Positions 49,380-57,948 of a stretch of DNA of 64,000 bases are shown here, in pieces. The DNA is taken from assembly GCA_965223265.1 (NCBI GenBank), contig OZ244999.1, positions 2,656,001 through 2,720,000 on the forward strand, read 5' to 3'. The notes under the pieces are model-generated. The model saw only the letters and a list, made by a program, of their open reading frames with translations, had not been told where the DNA came from and did not search any database. The position numbers were made by a program, and so were the translations under genes. The first letter of the stretch is position 1, and each line of letters opens with the position of its first letter. This DNA comes from Planctomycetota bacterium. GTDB lineage: Bacteria; Planctomycetota; UBA8108; SXIK01.

Positions 49380-49610
49380 TCAAGAAAGGAAGAGGGATTG
49401 AACAGAAGAGCACGAAGGTAACGAAGACCGGAGTCAGATGTCGGCACTCCACCGCCGATTTGTTCGTTGCACGTGGTGTGGTTCTGAAGAGCGAGTTGGG
49501 CTCGGTGGGCGCAACGAGCTTGTGATTTTTCTCTTTGCCTTCGTTTTCTTTGTTCCCTTTTGTTCGAAGAAAGAGGGATCGAAGAGAAGAGAACGAAGGT
49601 AACCAAGGCG
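49380..49610. repeat. Purine/pyrimidine-skewed REP-like repeats
   Basis: GAACAGAAGAGCACGAAGGTAACGAAG, TTGCCTTCGTTTTCTTTGTTCCCTTTTGTTC and GAAGAGAAGAGAACGAAGGTAACCAAGG; related to the hairpin at 62130..62193. Confidence 0.6.
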
Positions 49611-49708
49611 GAGGGGGCGATTCGCTTCCGCCTTGTCTGAGAGCCAGAAAACCAGGGTCGATCCTTGACTTCGTCGGGGCTCTTACGGAGTGTGGGTTGT
49701 CGCTGAGA

Positions 49709-49915
49709 CTAGCCCGCATTTCTCACCAGAATTCGTAGCGAGGAGCCGTAAGTCGTGTCGTGGCAAGGAAGACTTTGCGATTCGACTGTTGAGTCCGACC
49801 GAGGAGGGAGGACGAAAGTGCTTCCTGCACACTGAGGATCGAATCGTGAAGTCTGACGCAGTCCACGGCGCGACTTACGGCCCGCAGTAGGAATCTGGTG
49901 AGAAATGCGGGCTAG
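49709..49915. mobile_element. MITE-like element, family B
   Basis: Perfect 18-bp inverted repeats CCCGCATTTCTCACCAGA (49713-49730) / TCTGGTGAGAAATGCGGG (49894-49911), CTAG on both sides; internal IR GCCGTAAGTCG/CGACTTACGGC; no transposase. Confidence 0.85.
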
Positions 49916-49957
49916 CGTCATGACCTTCCTTCGCCGAACTCGAAAGGACGCCCTACG

Positions 49958-51265
49958 ATGAAACCAGCGCACGACATCCAGAAGCAGTTTCCACAAGCCG
50001 ACCGTGCCATGATCGAGTGGCTCGCCGCCAAGGAAGAGAAACAGAAACGGCTCTCGCGCCGGCGGTTTCTCGGTGCTGCAGCTGCCGGCCTCGGTGTCGT
50101 CGGACTTCTCGACACCATGCGCCGCGTTGAGGCTGATCAGCACAGCCGCGCACTCATTTCTCGTAACGAATCGATCAAGATCACCAAAGTCGAGAGCTTC
50201 GTGCTCAAGAGCAGCTGGGTGTTCGTCAAGATCTCGACCAACGTCGGGCTCGTCGGTTGGGGCGAGATGCTCAAGGACCGTAGTCTGACCTGCGCGACCG
50301 GACTGAAACAAGTCGAGCCGTATCTCCTGGGCAAGGACCCTCGCCGCGTCGTGCATCACTGGCAGGCGATCTACCGCCATGCTTTCTACCGCGGTGGACC
50401 GGTGCTGACGGCAGTCCTCAGCGGTATCGATCAAGCACTCTGGGACATCAAGGGCAAGGCGCTCGGCATGCCGGTCTACGAGCTTTTGGGTGGTCCGACG
50501 CGCGACAAGATCCGCGTCTACGGCGGTGAAGGCGACGTGCGCGCCGGACGCGTCAATGCGTGCAAGATCGGCCCGGGTGCCGATGGTCGCAATCCCTACC
50601 GCTATGTCGAGAGTCCGGGGATGGTGAAGAAGGTTGCAGAGCGGTTCCGGTCGCTGCGTGAGGAGTTCGGCGACGACGCCGACATCGGCATCGACTTTCA
50701 CGGTGCCGTGCAGCCGCAGACCGCGATGCTGCTCGTCAAAGCTCTCGAACCGTACCAACCGTTCTTCTACGAAGAGGTGATCCAGTGTCAGAACGTCGAC
50801 GCCATGGCTGAGATCGCCAGCAAGACGCACATTCCCATCGCCACCGGCGAGCGTGTGTTCACAAAGTGGGGCTTTCGCGAAATTCTCGAGAAGAAAGCCG
50901 CGAGTATTCTGCAGCCAGACGTCTGTTATGCCGGCGGCATCACCGAGCTTCGCCTCATCGCCGGCATGGCCGAGTCCTACTATGTGCCATTGGCGCCGCA
51001 CAATCCGCAGGGACCATGCTCACTTGCCGCCAGCTGTCAGATTGCTGCTGCGATTCCGAACTTTCTTATCCAAGAGGGAGGTGCGCGTTCCTACGCCCAT
51101 CTGCTCAAGGTGCCGTTTCAGCAAAAGGATTCTTACCTTCCACTGCCGCAGAAGCCAGGACTCGGCATCGAGATCGATGAAGAGAAGCTGCTGGCCCAGG
51201 TGGGGCCGCCGTCTCAGTATCCCGAGACGTACGATCACGAGGACGGATCGGTGGTGGACTGGTAG
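49958..51265 (+). CDS. dgoD: Galactonate dehydratase (DgoD-like) with N-terminal extension containing a Tat motif
   Basis: FYRGGPVLTAVLSGIDQALWDIKGK, DFHG, FYEE, IATGER, QPD, APHNPQGP, DGSVVDW terminus; SRRRFLGAAAAGLG leader. Confidence 0.82.
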   Translation: MKPAHDIQKQFPQADRAMIEWLAAKEEKQKRLSRRRFLGAAAAGLGVVGLLDTMRRVEADQHSRALISRNESIKITKVESFVLKSSWVFVKISTNVGLVGWGEMLKDRSLTCATGLKQVEPYLLGKDPRRVVHHWQAIYRHAFYRGGPVLTAVLSGIDQALWDIKGKALGMPVYELLGGPTRDKIRVYGGEGDVRAGRVNACKIGPGADGRNPYRYVESPGMVKKVAERFRSLREEFGDDADIGIDFHGAVQPQTAMLLVKALEPYQPFFYEEVIQCQNVDAMAEIASKTHIPIATGERVFTKWGFREILEKKAASILQPDVCYAGGITELRLIAGMAESYYVPLAPHNPQGPCSLAASCQIAAAIPNFLIQEGGARSYAHLLKVPFQQKDSYLPLPQKPGLGIEIDEEKLLAQVGPPSQYPETYDHEDGSVVDW

Positions 51266-51274
51266 GCGACCAGT

Positions 51275-54200
51275 ATGACGACACGGCTCTGCCTCCTACG
51301 CTCGAGCGCTGCGATTCTTCTGACGGCGATTGTGCCTGCGTGTTGCCGAACGGTTCATGCCGCACCCGGCGACTTTCCAGAAGTCTTCAACACGCAGGAG
51401 GTGACCGTACCCCTCACCCCAGCGGCAGAAGCGGCGCGGCGCATGCAGGTCCCCGACGGTTTTCGTGTCACAGTCTTCGCCAGCGAACCTGACGTCAGGC
51501 AACCGATCGCTATCACGACGGACGATCGTGGACGACTGTGGGTTTGTGAGAACTACACCTACGCCGAAAGTGCGATCAAGTTCGATGCGCGTTTGCGCGA
51601 CCGCATCGTGATCTTGGAAGACAGCAACCACGACGGCCGCGCCGACCGCCGCACTGTGTTTTGGGACGGCGCCGACAAGCTCACCAGTGTCGCGCTTGGC
51701 TTCGGTGGCGTCTGGGCTTTGTGCGCACCGCACTTACTCTTCATCCCTGACCGCGATGGTGACGACGTTCCCGATGGACCGCCGGTGGTGAAGCTCGACG
51801 GCTGGGACGCTGAGCGTGTGCGTCACAACATCGTCAATGGTCTCCGCTGGGGACCCGATGGCTGGCTCTACGGCCGCCACGGCATCCTGGCGACCTCGCG
51901 TGTTGGAACGCCGGGGGCGTCGAGCTCGCAGCGCGTCGCGATCAACTGCGGCATCTGGCGCTACCACCCGACGCGCGACGTCGTCGAAGCTGTCGCCCAC
52001 GGGACAACGAACCCGTGGGGATTTGACTACGACGATCACGGGCAGATGTTTTTCATCAACACTGTCATTGGTCATCTCTTTCACGTCGTCCCTGGGGCGC
52101 ACTACAAGCGTATGTACGGGGTCGATCTGAATCCACACGTCTATGAGCTGATCGACGCCTGCTCAGATCACTACCATTGGGACACCGGCGAGCGCTGGAG
52201 TGACACTCGCAAGATCGGCGTGACGCCGACGACGTCGGCCGCCGGTGGTGGCCATGCCCACTGCGGCATGATGATCTACCTCGGCGACAACTGGCCGGAG
52301 CGGTACCGTGGTGGCGTGTTCACGGTCAATTTGCATGGCCTGCGCGTCAACAACGATCGACTCGTGCGACGCGCTTCGGGTTACGTCGGTGAGCACGCGC
52401 CGGACTTTCTCAAGACCGACGATCCGTGGTTCCGCGGCGTCGAGCTCGTCTACGGCGCGGACGGCGGTGTGTACATAGCGGACTGGTCGGACGTCGGCGA
52501 GTGCCACGAAAACGACGGCGTGCACCGGACGTCGGGGCGGATCTTCAAGGTCACCTATGGCGATCCCGCACCGCCACCGGGCGAGTCGTTGAACCAACTC
52601 AACACCGTTGAGCTTGCGGACCTACAAACGCATCGAAACGACTGGTTCGTGCGCCGTGCACGGCGTCTGCTTCAGGAGCGCGCCGCGGCGGGCGAAGACC
52701 TGCGTGAAGCGACAAACGCCCTGCGCTCGCTCTTTACCCAGCAGACCGACGTGACGCGGCGACTGCGTGCGCTTTGGGCGCTCAACAGCGTCGGCGCCGC
52801 CGACGAACCGTGGCTCGCCTCGCTTCTAAGTGACGACAATGAACACGTGCGCGTGTGGGCGCTGCGGTTACTCGTCGACGGCGAAGTGATCCCGCGCTGG
52901 CTTCCAGATCGTCTCACGCAGCTCGCGGCGGACGAGCCCTCGGCAATCGTGCGTCTCTTCATCGCTTCGGCGATGCAAAAGCTGCCGCTTGCCGCACGCT
53001 GGCCGATCGCCGAAGCACTTGGCGCACGGCGCGAGGACGCCGCAGATCCGATGATTCCACTCATGCTCTGGTATGGCATCGAGCCTGCGGTACCGGCGGC
53101 GCCGCTGCGCGCGGCACGGTTTGCCGTCAAGTGCCAGCTCGCGACGACGCGGCGGCTGGTCGCTCGGCGTCTCACCGAGGAGATCGAGATGTCACCCGCT
53201 GGCGTCGGAGAGCTGGTCAAAGATCTTCCTCGCATCAACTCACGTGCCTTGCGTCTCGATCTACTGCGCGGCATGAACGCGGCGCTCAAAGGTTGGGGGC
53301 GCGCACCAGCGCCGATCGGCTGGGACACTACCTCTGACGCGCTCGTCAAGGCGGAGGACGCCGAGGTTCGCCGTCTCGTCGGCGAGCTGTCGCTCGTCTT
53401 CGGCGCAGGGCGTGGCGTCGAAGAGTTGCGTCAGCTGGTCGCGAACAATGAGGGTGAGCCCACTGCACGGCGCAGTGCCCTTCGCATCCTGGCGCAAAAT
53501 GCACCGCCGGATTTCGCCCCCGAGCTTCAAAAGCGGCTGGGCGACCGCGTCCTTCAGCTCGAGGCGGTCAGCGGCCTGGCTCGCTTCAACCATCCTGCGA
53601 CCGGTGGGCTTCTCATCGAGCGGTTCGAGAGCTTCGATCCCGACGTGCAGGCCGCCGCCGTGGTGACGCTGGTCGCCCGGCATGACTCGGCGCGCGCGTT
53701 TCTTCAGGCCGTCGACGATGGCGCCATCGAACGCAGCGCGATCACGGCGCTCGCAGCGCGGCAGATCGTGAGCTTCAATGACGCGCAGCTCACCGCGCAG
53801 TTGACGCGGCTGTGGGGCGCCATTCGAAAGTCTCCTGCGGAGAAGCGTGAGCTCATCGCAAGCTACAAGCAGAAGCTAACACCGGAGGAGCTCAGTGGCG
53901 CGAATCTTCGCAGCGGGCGCGCCCTCTATGATCGCACCTGCGCGTCGTGCCACGTGCTCTTCGGTGCTGGACGGCACGTTGGTCCTGATCTCACCGGCGC
54001 GGGCCGGCAGAACCTCGATTACCTGCTCGAGAATATCGTCGACCCGAGCGCCAGCGTGGCGGCGGATTTTCAGGTGTCGGTGCTCACCTTGAACGACGGC
54101 CGCGTACTCAGCGGAGTCGTCCTGCGTCAGGACGAGCGGGCGATCACCGTCCAGGTGCAAACGGAGACGTTGACCTTTCCGAGAGATTCGGTCGTGAGCT

Positions 54201-54316
54201 CCGAGCGGACACCTCAGTCGCTCATGCCGGACGGACTTCTGAACGCTCTGAGCGGCGCTGACGTGCGCGACCTGGTCGGCTACCTCATGTCGCCTCGGCA
54301 GGTCGAGGTGCGGTAG
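51275..54316 (+). CDS. PVC-type membrane-bound dehydrogenase-domain / heme-c (CxxCH) protein
   Basis: VPDGFRVTVFASEP, NGLRWGPDGWLYG, HGTTNPWG, YIADW, HEAT region, CASCH..GPDLTG, SLMPDGL. Confidence 0.9.
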   Translation: MTTRLCLLRSSAAILLTAIVPACCRTVHAAPGDFPEVFNTQEVTVPLTPAAEAARRMQVPDGFRVTVFASEPDVRQPIAITTDDRGRLWVCENYTYAESAIKFDARLRDRIVILEDSNHDGRADRRTVFWDGADKLTSVALGFGGVWALCAPHLLFIPDRDGDDVPDGPPVVKLDGWDAERVRHNIVNGLRWGPDGWLYGRHGILATSRVGTPGASSSQRVAINCGIWRYHPTRDVVEAVAHGTTNPWGFDYDDHGQMFFINTVIGHLFHVVPGAHYKRMYGVDLNPHVYELIDACSDHYHWDTGERWSDTRKIGVTPTTSAAGGGHAHCGMMIYLGDNWPERYRGGVFTVNLHGLRVNNDRLVRRASGYVGEHAPDFLKTDDPWFRGVELVYGADGGVYIADWSDVGECHENDGVHRTSGRIFKVTYGDPAPPPGESLNQLNTVELADLQTHRNDWFVRRARRLLQERAAAGEDLREATNALRSLFTQQTDVTRRLRALWALNSVGAADEPWLASLLSDDNEHVRVWALRLLVDGEVIPRWLPDRLTQLAADEPSAIVRLFIASAMQKLPLAARWPIAEALGARREDAADPMIPLMLWYGIEPAVPAAPLRAARFAVKCQLATTRRLVARRLTEEIEMSPAGVGELVKDLPRINSRALRLDLLRGMNAALKGWGRAPAPIGWDTTSDALVKAEDAEVRRLVGELSLVFGAGRGVEELRQLVANNEGEPTARRSALRILAQNAPPDFAPELQKRLGDRVLQLEAVSGLARFNHPATGGLLIERFESFDPDVQAAAVVTLVARHDSARAFLQAVDDGAIERSAITALAARQIVSFNDAQLTAQLTRLWGAIRKSPAEKRELIASYKQKLTPEELSGANLRSGRALYDRTCASCHVLFGAGRHVGPDLTGAGRQNLDYLLENIVDPSASVAADFQVSVLTLNDGRVLSGVVLRQDERAITVQVQTETLTFPRDSVVSSERTPQSLMPDGLLNALSGADVRDLVGYLMSPRQVEVR

Positions 54317-54420
54317 CTAACGTCCCACGCAGTCCGGGAGCATCGGGCAGCCGGCGATCGGCACGCAGCCCCGCGTTTCGTTGTTTTGGGGTCTGCTCAC
54401 GTCGCATCTCATTCCGATCG

Positions 54421-54449
54421 TTGACACGTTTCTACGTCCCTCTTAGCAT
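54421..54449 (+). promoter_or_regulatory. Sigma70-type promoter for the ankyrin gene
   Basis: TTGACA (54421-54426), 17-bp spacer, TAGCAT (54444-54449). Confidence 0.65.
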
Positions 54450-54626
54450 GCGCTTGCGTTCGAGGGCGCTGCCGGGTCCGCGGAAAGGCCATGCCACCTC
54501 GTCCACTCTCCGTGATTGCCAACGACCTTCTTTCTGCCTGTCGTGAGCGGACAACGGGCATCATCGGCCGTCAAGGCCGGATCGCGCCGAAGGCGATCCC
54601 TCAGGCGTGATGAGAAAGGAGTTCAA

Positions 54627-56243
54627 ATGGATGCGCCGCGTCGTTCCTCTCCGACTCGTACCCTGCCCGGCCAGCCCGAGCTGTCGCGCATTCGCAAGCA
54701 GGCGAAACTCTTGCTCAAGCAGTTTCGTGCCAGCGATGTCGAAGCCACCTCCGAGGTCAGCACCCACTATCACGATGCGGATCCTGGGGCGCTGCGTCTC
54801 TGCGACGCTCAGTTGGTGATCGCACGAGCCTATGGTTTTTCCAGTTGGCCGAAGCTCGCGGCTCATGTTCGATCGAAAGAAGTGACCGCCGATCAGGATC
54901 CTCGCCACTACAAAGATGTATTTCGTGCGATAGAGGAGGGGAACACACAGAAGGTCCTGTCTTTGATCGATGTCGATGAGTCTCTACTCGACGTTGCCGA
55001 TCACAACCAAAGCACGCCGCTCACCCGGGCTTTCGCGTTCAATAACTTAGAGTTGGCAGGTCTGCTGATTGAAAGGGGAGCCAATGCGTTCGCAATGAAC
55101 CATTCGGAGAAGTGGGCTATGCGGTCCGTTGTCGAACGCAGTGGACTGCGTCGCGAGGATCGCGAACGCTTGGTGGAGACAGCCATCGCCGCGCGAGTCT
55201 GGGATGCGGAGATCTTTCATGCGGTGTGGCGCCGCGATCGCAACCTCGCAGAGAAAGTACTGAAGGATGATCCGGCGCAGGTTTCCATCCGCCTTGCCGT
55301 TCTCGATGCAGCGGATGGTTTTTGGAACACGCTTCCCTACTGCGGTCTCAGCCCGCTCCACTATGCCGTCATCGCTGGTGATTTGCGCATGGTTCGTCTT
55401 TTGCTGGAGCGCGGAGCGGAAGTCGATGCTCTCCCACACGCTCACGAAGCTGACTCTCGATTCACTCCCATGTATTACGTTCCCAGTGGGTGCGGCCCGA
55501 TCGCTGAGCGCCTCGTCGAGCACGGTGCGAACGTGAAGCACACGAAGTGGTACCTCACCTCCGGCAGCAAGGCGATGCGAAAAGTCGTGGTTGCACATGG
55601 AGCTGCCGGTACACCGCTGTTGGCGGCGCTGTGTGTCGGTGACTTGAACAAGGCGATCGACATCGCACGTCAAGACCCAACTGTCATTCACGACCGATTG
55701 AAGGAAGCCTATATCGACACGCCACTGCACATGGCAATGAAGGCTGGCTGCGCCGAACTGGTAGAGATCTTGCTTGACCATGGGATGGATGTGGACACTC
55801 CATCATCGCGAGGATACACCCCGCTGACGATGGCCCCTGAGCTCTATTGCTCGCTCGATATGATCAAGCTACTTGTCGAGCGTGGAGCGGATGTTCACGC
55901 CGGCATGTCTGCGAGCGGCTCGGGCTTCTTGAGTCACGACGCCGCGCTCCACAGCGCCATCTGGCAACATGCATACGAACACTGGGACTACGAGGCGGTG
56001 ATCCGCTACTTGGTTCGGATCGGCTCACGTCCCTGTGGCTTGTATCACTGTGCACTCGGCGGGAATCTCGCCGCGGCCAAACTGCTCGTCGAGCTAGGCG
56101 CCGACGTCAATGAAACCGACGACAAGGGGCGCACAGCGTTGGACTACTGCACTGGCGCCGCGGCGGAACACGAGCACCCAGACATCGCGGAGTTCCTACG
56201 GCAACACGGCGGCAGGCACGCGGAGGAGCTCGTAGGACCCTAA
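54627..56243 (+). CDS. Ankyrin-repeat protein with N-terminal LP..P.L..IRKQAK.LL / AQLVIARAYGF.SW domain
   Basis: GAAAGGAG RBS; ankyrin motifs TPL, SPLHYAV, TPLHMA, GADVN, GRTALD. Confidence 0.88.
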   Translation: MDAPRRSSPTRTLPGQPELSRIRKQAKLLLKQFRASDVEATSEVSTHYHDADPGALRLCDAQLVIARAYGFSSWPKLAAHVRSKEVTADQDPRHYKDVFRAIEEGNTQKVLSLIDVDESLLDVADHNQSTPLTRAFAFNNLELAGLLIERGANAFAMNHSEKWAMRSVVERSGLRREDRERLVETAIAARVWDAEIFHAVWRRDRNLAEKVLKDDPAQVSIRLAVLDAADGFWNTLPYCGLSPLHYAVIAGDLRMVRLLLERGAEVDALPHAHEADSRFTPMYYVPSGCGPIAERLVEHGANVKHTKWYLTSGSKAMRKVVVAHGAAGTPLLAALCVGDLNKAIDIARQDPTVIHDRLKEAYIDTPLHMAMKAGCAELVEILLDHGMDVDTPSSRGYTPLTMAPELYCSLDMIKLLVERGADVHAGMSASGSGFLSHDAALHSAIWQHAYEHWDYEAVIRYLVRIGSRPCGLYHCALGGNLAAAKLLVELGADVNETDDKGRTALDYCTGAAAEHEHPDIAEFLRQHGGRHAEELVGP

Positions 56244-56396
56244 CGTTCGTGGCCGATTCTTAGATCCATTCACTTGCTTGGTTGGGCACTCTGTTTGACT
56301 CAGAACTAGGGTGTCGCTCGCGACTACTTCTCAATGAAGAACGGTGGGACCTCGCGGTTACGTCGAGTTTTTGCTTACAATCGGCGACTGCAGCGC

Positions 56397-56471
56397 GTCG
56401 AGAAAGGTGCATTTGAGGACGGTGAGTTCGAGGACGGTGGGTTTGAGAAAGGCGAGTTTGAGGACGAGGCT
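56397..56471 (+). repeat. Five degenerate tandem 15-bp units
   Basis: GTCGAGAAAGGTGCA / TTTGAGGACGGTGAG / TTCGAGGACGGTGGG / TTTGAGAAAGGCGAG / TTTGAGGACGAGGCT. Confidence 0.7.
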
Positions 56472-56562
56472 TCTGCGGACGGGATTCTCAGTGAGGCGAT
56501 GCTCATTAGGGGTTACGCGTTTTGGAAAGAGTCGATCGTGACTGAGAGCGAGGCCCATCGAA

Positions 56563-57063
56563 TTGCGAGACGTCGTAGAGAATAGCAACAGCAAGAGCGA
56601 GAGTACTTTCCGGGTCATCGGCGCGGCGCTGAGGGACTACGTCCAACGGTGTGCGCCTTGCCTCCGTAGACTCTCTGCGACCGAAGCCGTGGCTCCGCGC
56701 GGCGAGGGCAAGTGGACGAAGATTGAAATCCTGGGCCACCTCGTTGACTCCGCGGCGAACAATCACCACCGATTTGTCCGCGTGCAAGAGTCATCCAGCG
56801 AGTTCGCGTTTCCTGGATACGCACAAGATCAGTGGGTCAGCACACAGGGCTACGCAGAGGCTGACTGGAATTCAGTCGTTTCGCTTTGGGAGCGGTACAA
56901 TCTACACCTGGCAACTGTCATTGACCGGATCCCGTCCGAGCACGCCGAGACTCCCTGCAGGATTGGGGATGAGCCTCCCCAATCACTCGCCGACCTGGCC
57001 CGAGACTATGTCGACCATGCGTGCCATCACATCGAGCAGGTCGTTGACGTTGGCGATTCTTAA
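56563..57063 (+). CDS. DinB family protein (start uncertain)
   Basis: GKWTKIEILGHLVDSAANNHHRF, FPGYAQDQWV, DYVDHACHHIEQ; the stop TAA lies within the MITE TTAA flank. Confidence 0.85.
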   Translation: MRDVVENSNSKSESTFRVIGAALRDYVQRCAPCLRRLSATEAVAPRGEGKWTKIEILGHLVDSAANNHHRFVRVQESSSEFAFPGYAQDQWVSTQGYAEADWNSVVSLWERYNLHLATVIDRIPSEHAETPCRIGDEPPQSLADLARDYVDHACHHIEQVVDVGDS

Positions 57064-57227
57064 CAGCCTGTTGAAAAAGTGCTTCGAGCCGAAAACTGGT
57101 CTCTTCGCGTCCAGATCGGCTGCGGCAAACGGAGGCAATCTTCGGGATTTTCGAGTATTGACGCGGTCGAGCTGGGCGTGAAGAGGCCAGTTTCTTCGGC
57201 CGAATGACTTTTTCAACGGGCTGTTAA
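57060..57227 (-). mobile_element. MITE-like element, family A copy 3 (short variant, inverted), TTAA flanks
   Basis: Near-exact reverse complement of 26951..27109, bounded by TTAA at 57060 and 57224. Confidence 0.9.
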
Positions 57228-57281
57228 GAGCGATTCTTGGCGGCCTTTGCAAAGAATCGTGCTCCGCCAGCCACACATGGG

Positions 57282-57749
57282 TCATTTACCGGTGCTGGAT
57301 TGCTCGACTGCTTCACGCGGGATTGTGCCTTCGTAGCGAAGATCGCGGAGCGAAGCGAATTCCACGGCGAGGAGCTCCGAGTCGGTGAGTGATCTCTTCT
57401 CGTCCGCGTGGTAGCTGAAGAGCCTTTCTCCCGCAACCTCGAAGACAACAATGTTGCTCAGTTTGTTCCATGCTATCTGGGCTCGAAACTCCCTGTCAGC
57501 GGGAGAGAAGTCAGGTGAGACATAGATTCGGTGCCCATCGACACTGAGGCGAAAGTTGACGTCGATGCCCTGCGTGCGGACAAGCTTTGCGGTGTGTTGG
57601 CCGTTTGGGCTCGCCTTCTTCATGACGGTCCAGGTCACCAGTGAGTAGAGCCAGAGCACGAGTGCCCCGACCGCGGCCGGAGCGACCACACCGAGCGCGA
57701 TCGCGACGGGCAGAATCTGTCTCAGCTTTCTGGGTGTCGGCTCTGGCAT
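57282..57749 (-). CDS. Membrane-anchored hypothetical protein lying between two MITEs
   Basis: N-terminal TM helix followed by ASPNGQHTAKLVR; the ATG abuts the MITE end. Confidence 0.65.
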   Translation of the reverse strand: MPEPTPRKLRQILPVAIALGVVAPAAVGALVLWLYSLVTWTVMKKASPNGQHTAKLVRTQGIDVNFRLSVDGHRIYVSPDFSPADREFRAQIAWNKLSNIVVFEVAGERLFSYHADEKRSLTDSELLAVEFASLRDLRYEGTIPREAVEQSSTGK

Positions 57750-57932
57750 CGACAGCTCGTTGAAAAAGTCATTCGGCCGAGAATCTGTCCTCTTCCCGCC
57801 CAGCTCGACGGCGTCAATACTTGCCGTAATACCTTGTAAGAGAGGGCTCGGAGATTACCTGCATTTGCCGCGGCCGATCTGGACGCGAAGAGACCAGTTT
57901 TCGGCTCGAAGCACTCTTCAACAGGCTGTCAA
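57749..57932 (+). mobile_element. MITE-like element, family A copy 4 (long-loop variant, degenerate)
   Basis: CAGCTCGTTGAAAAAGTC ... GCACTCTTCAACAGGCTG; shares the GAGGGCTCGGAGATT loop insert with 23479..23666; flanks TCGA/TCAA. Confidence 0.82.
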
Positions 57933-57948
57933 GCATCTACGCCTCGAG

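Noticed and set aside
49709-51001. Long antisense ORFs (e.g. 49709..51001, 33038..34312, 2925..4163, 58657..59826, 8787..9809)
   Set aside because: Shadow ORFs opposite well-supported genes, expected at high GC; no recognisable motifs.
56397-56471. Possible CRISPR array from the short repeats or dispersed palindromes
   Set aside because: No unique spacers between identical repeats and no cas genes.
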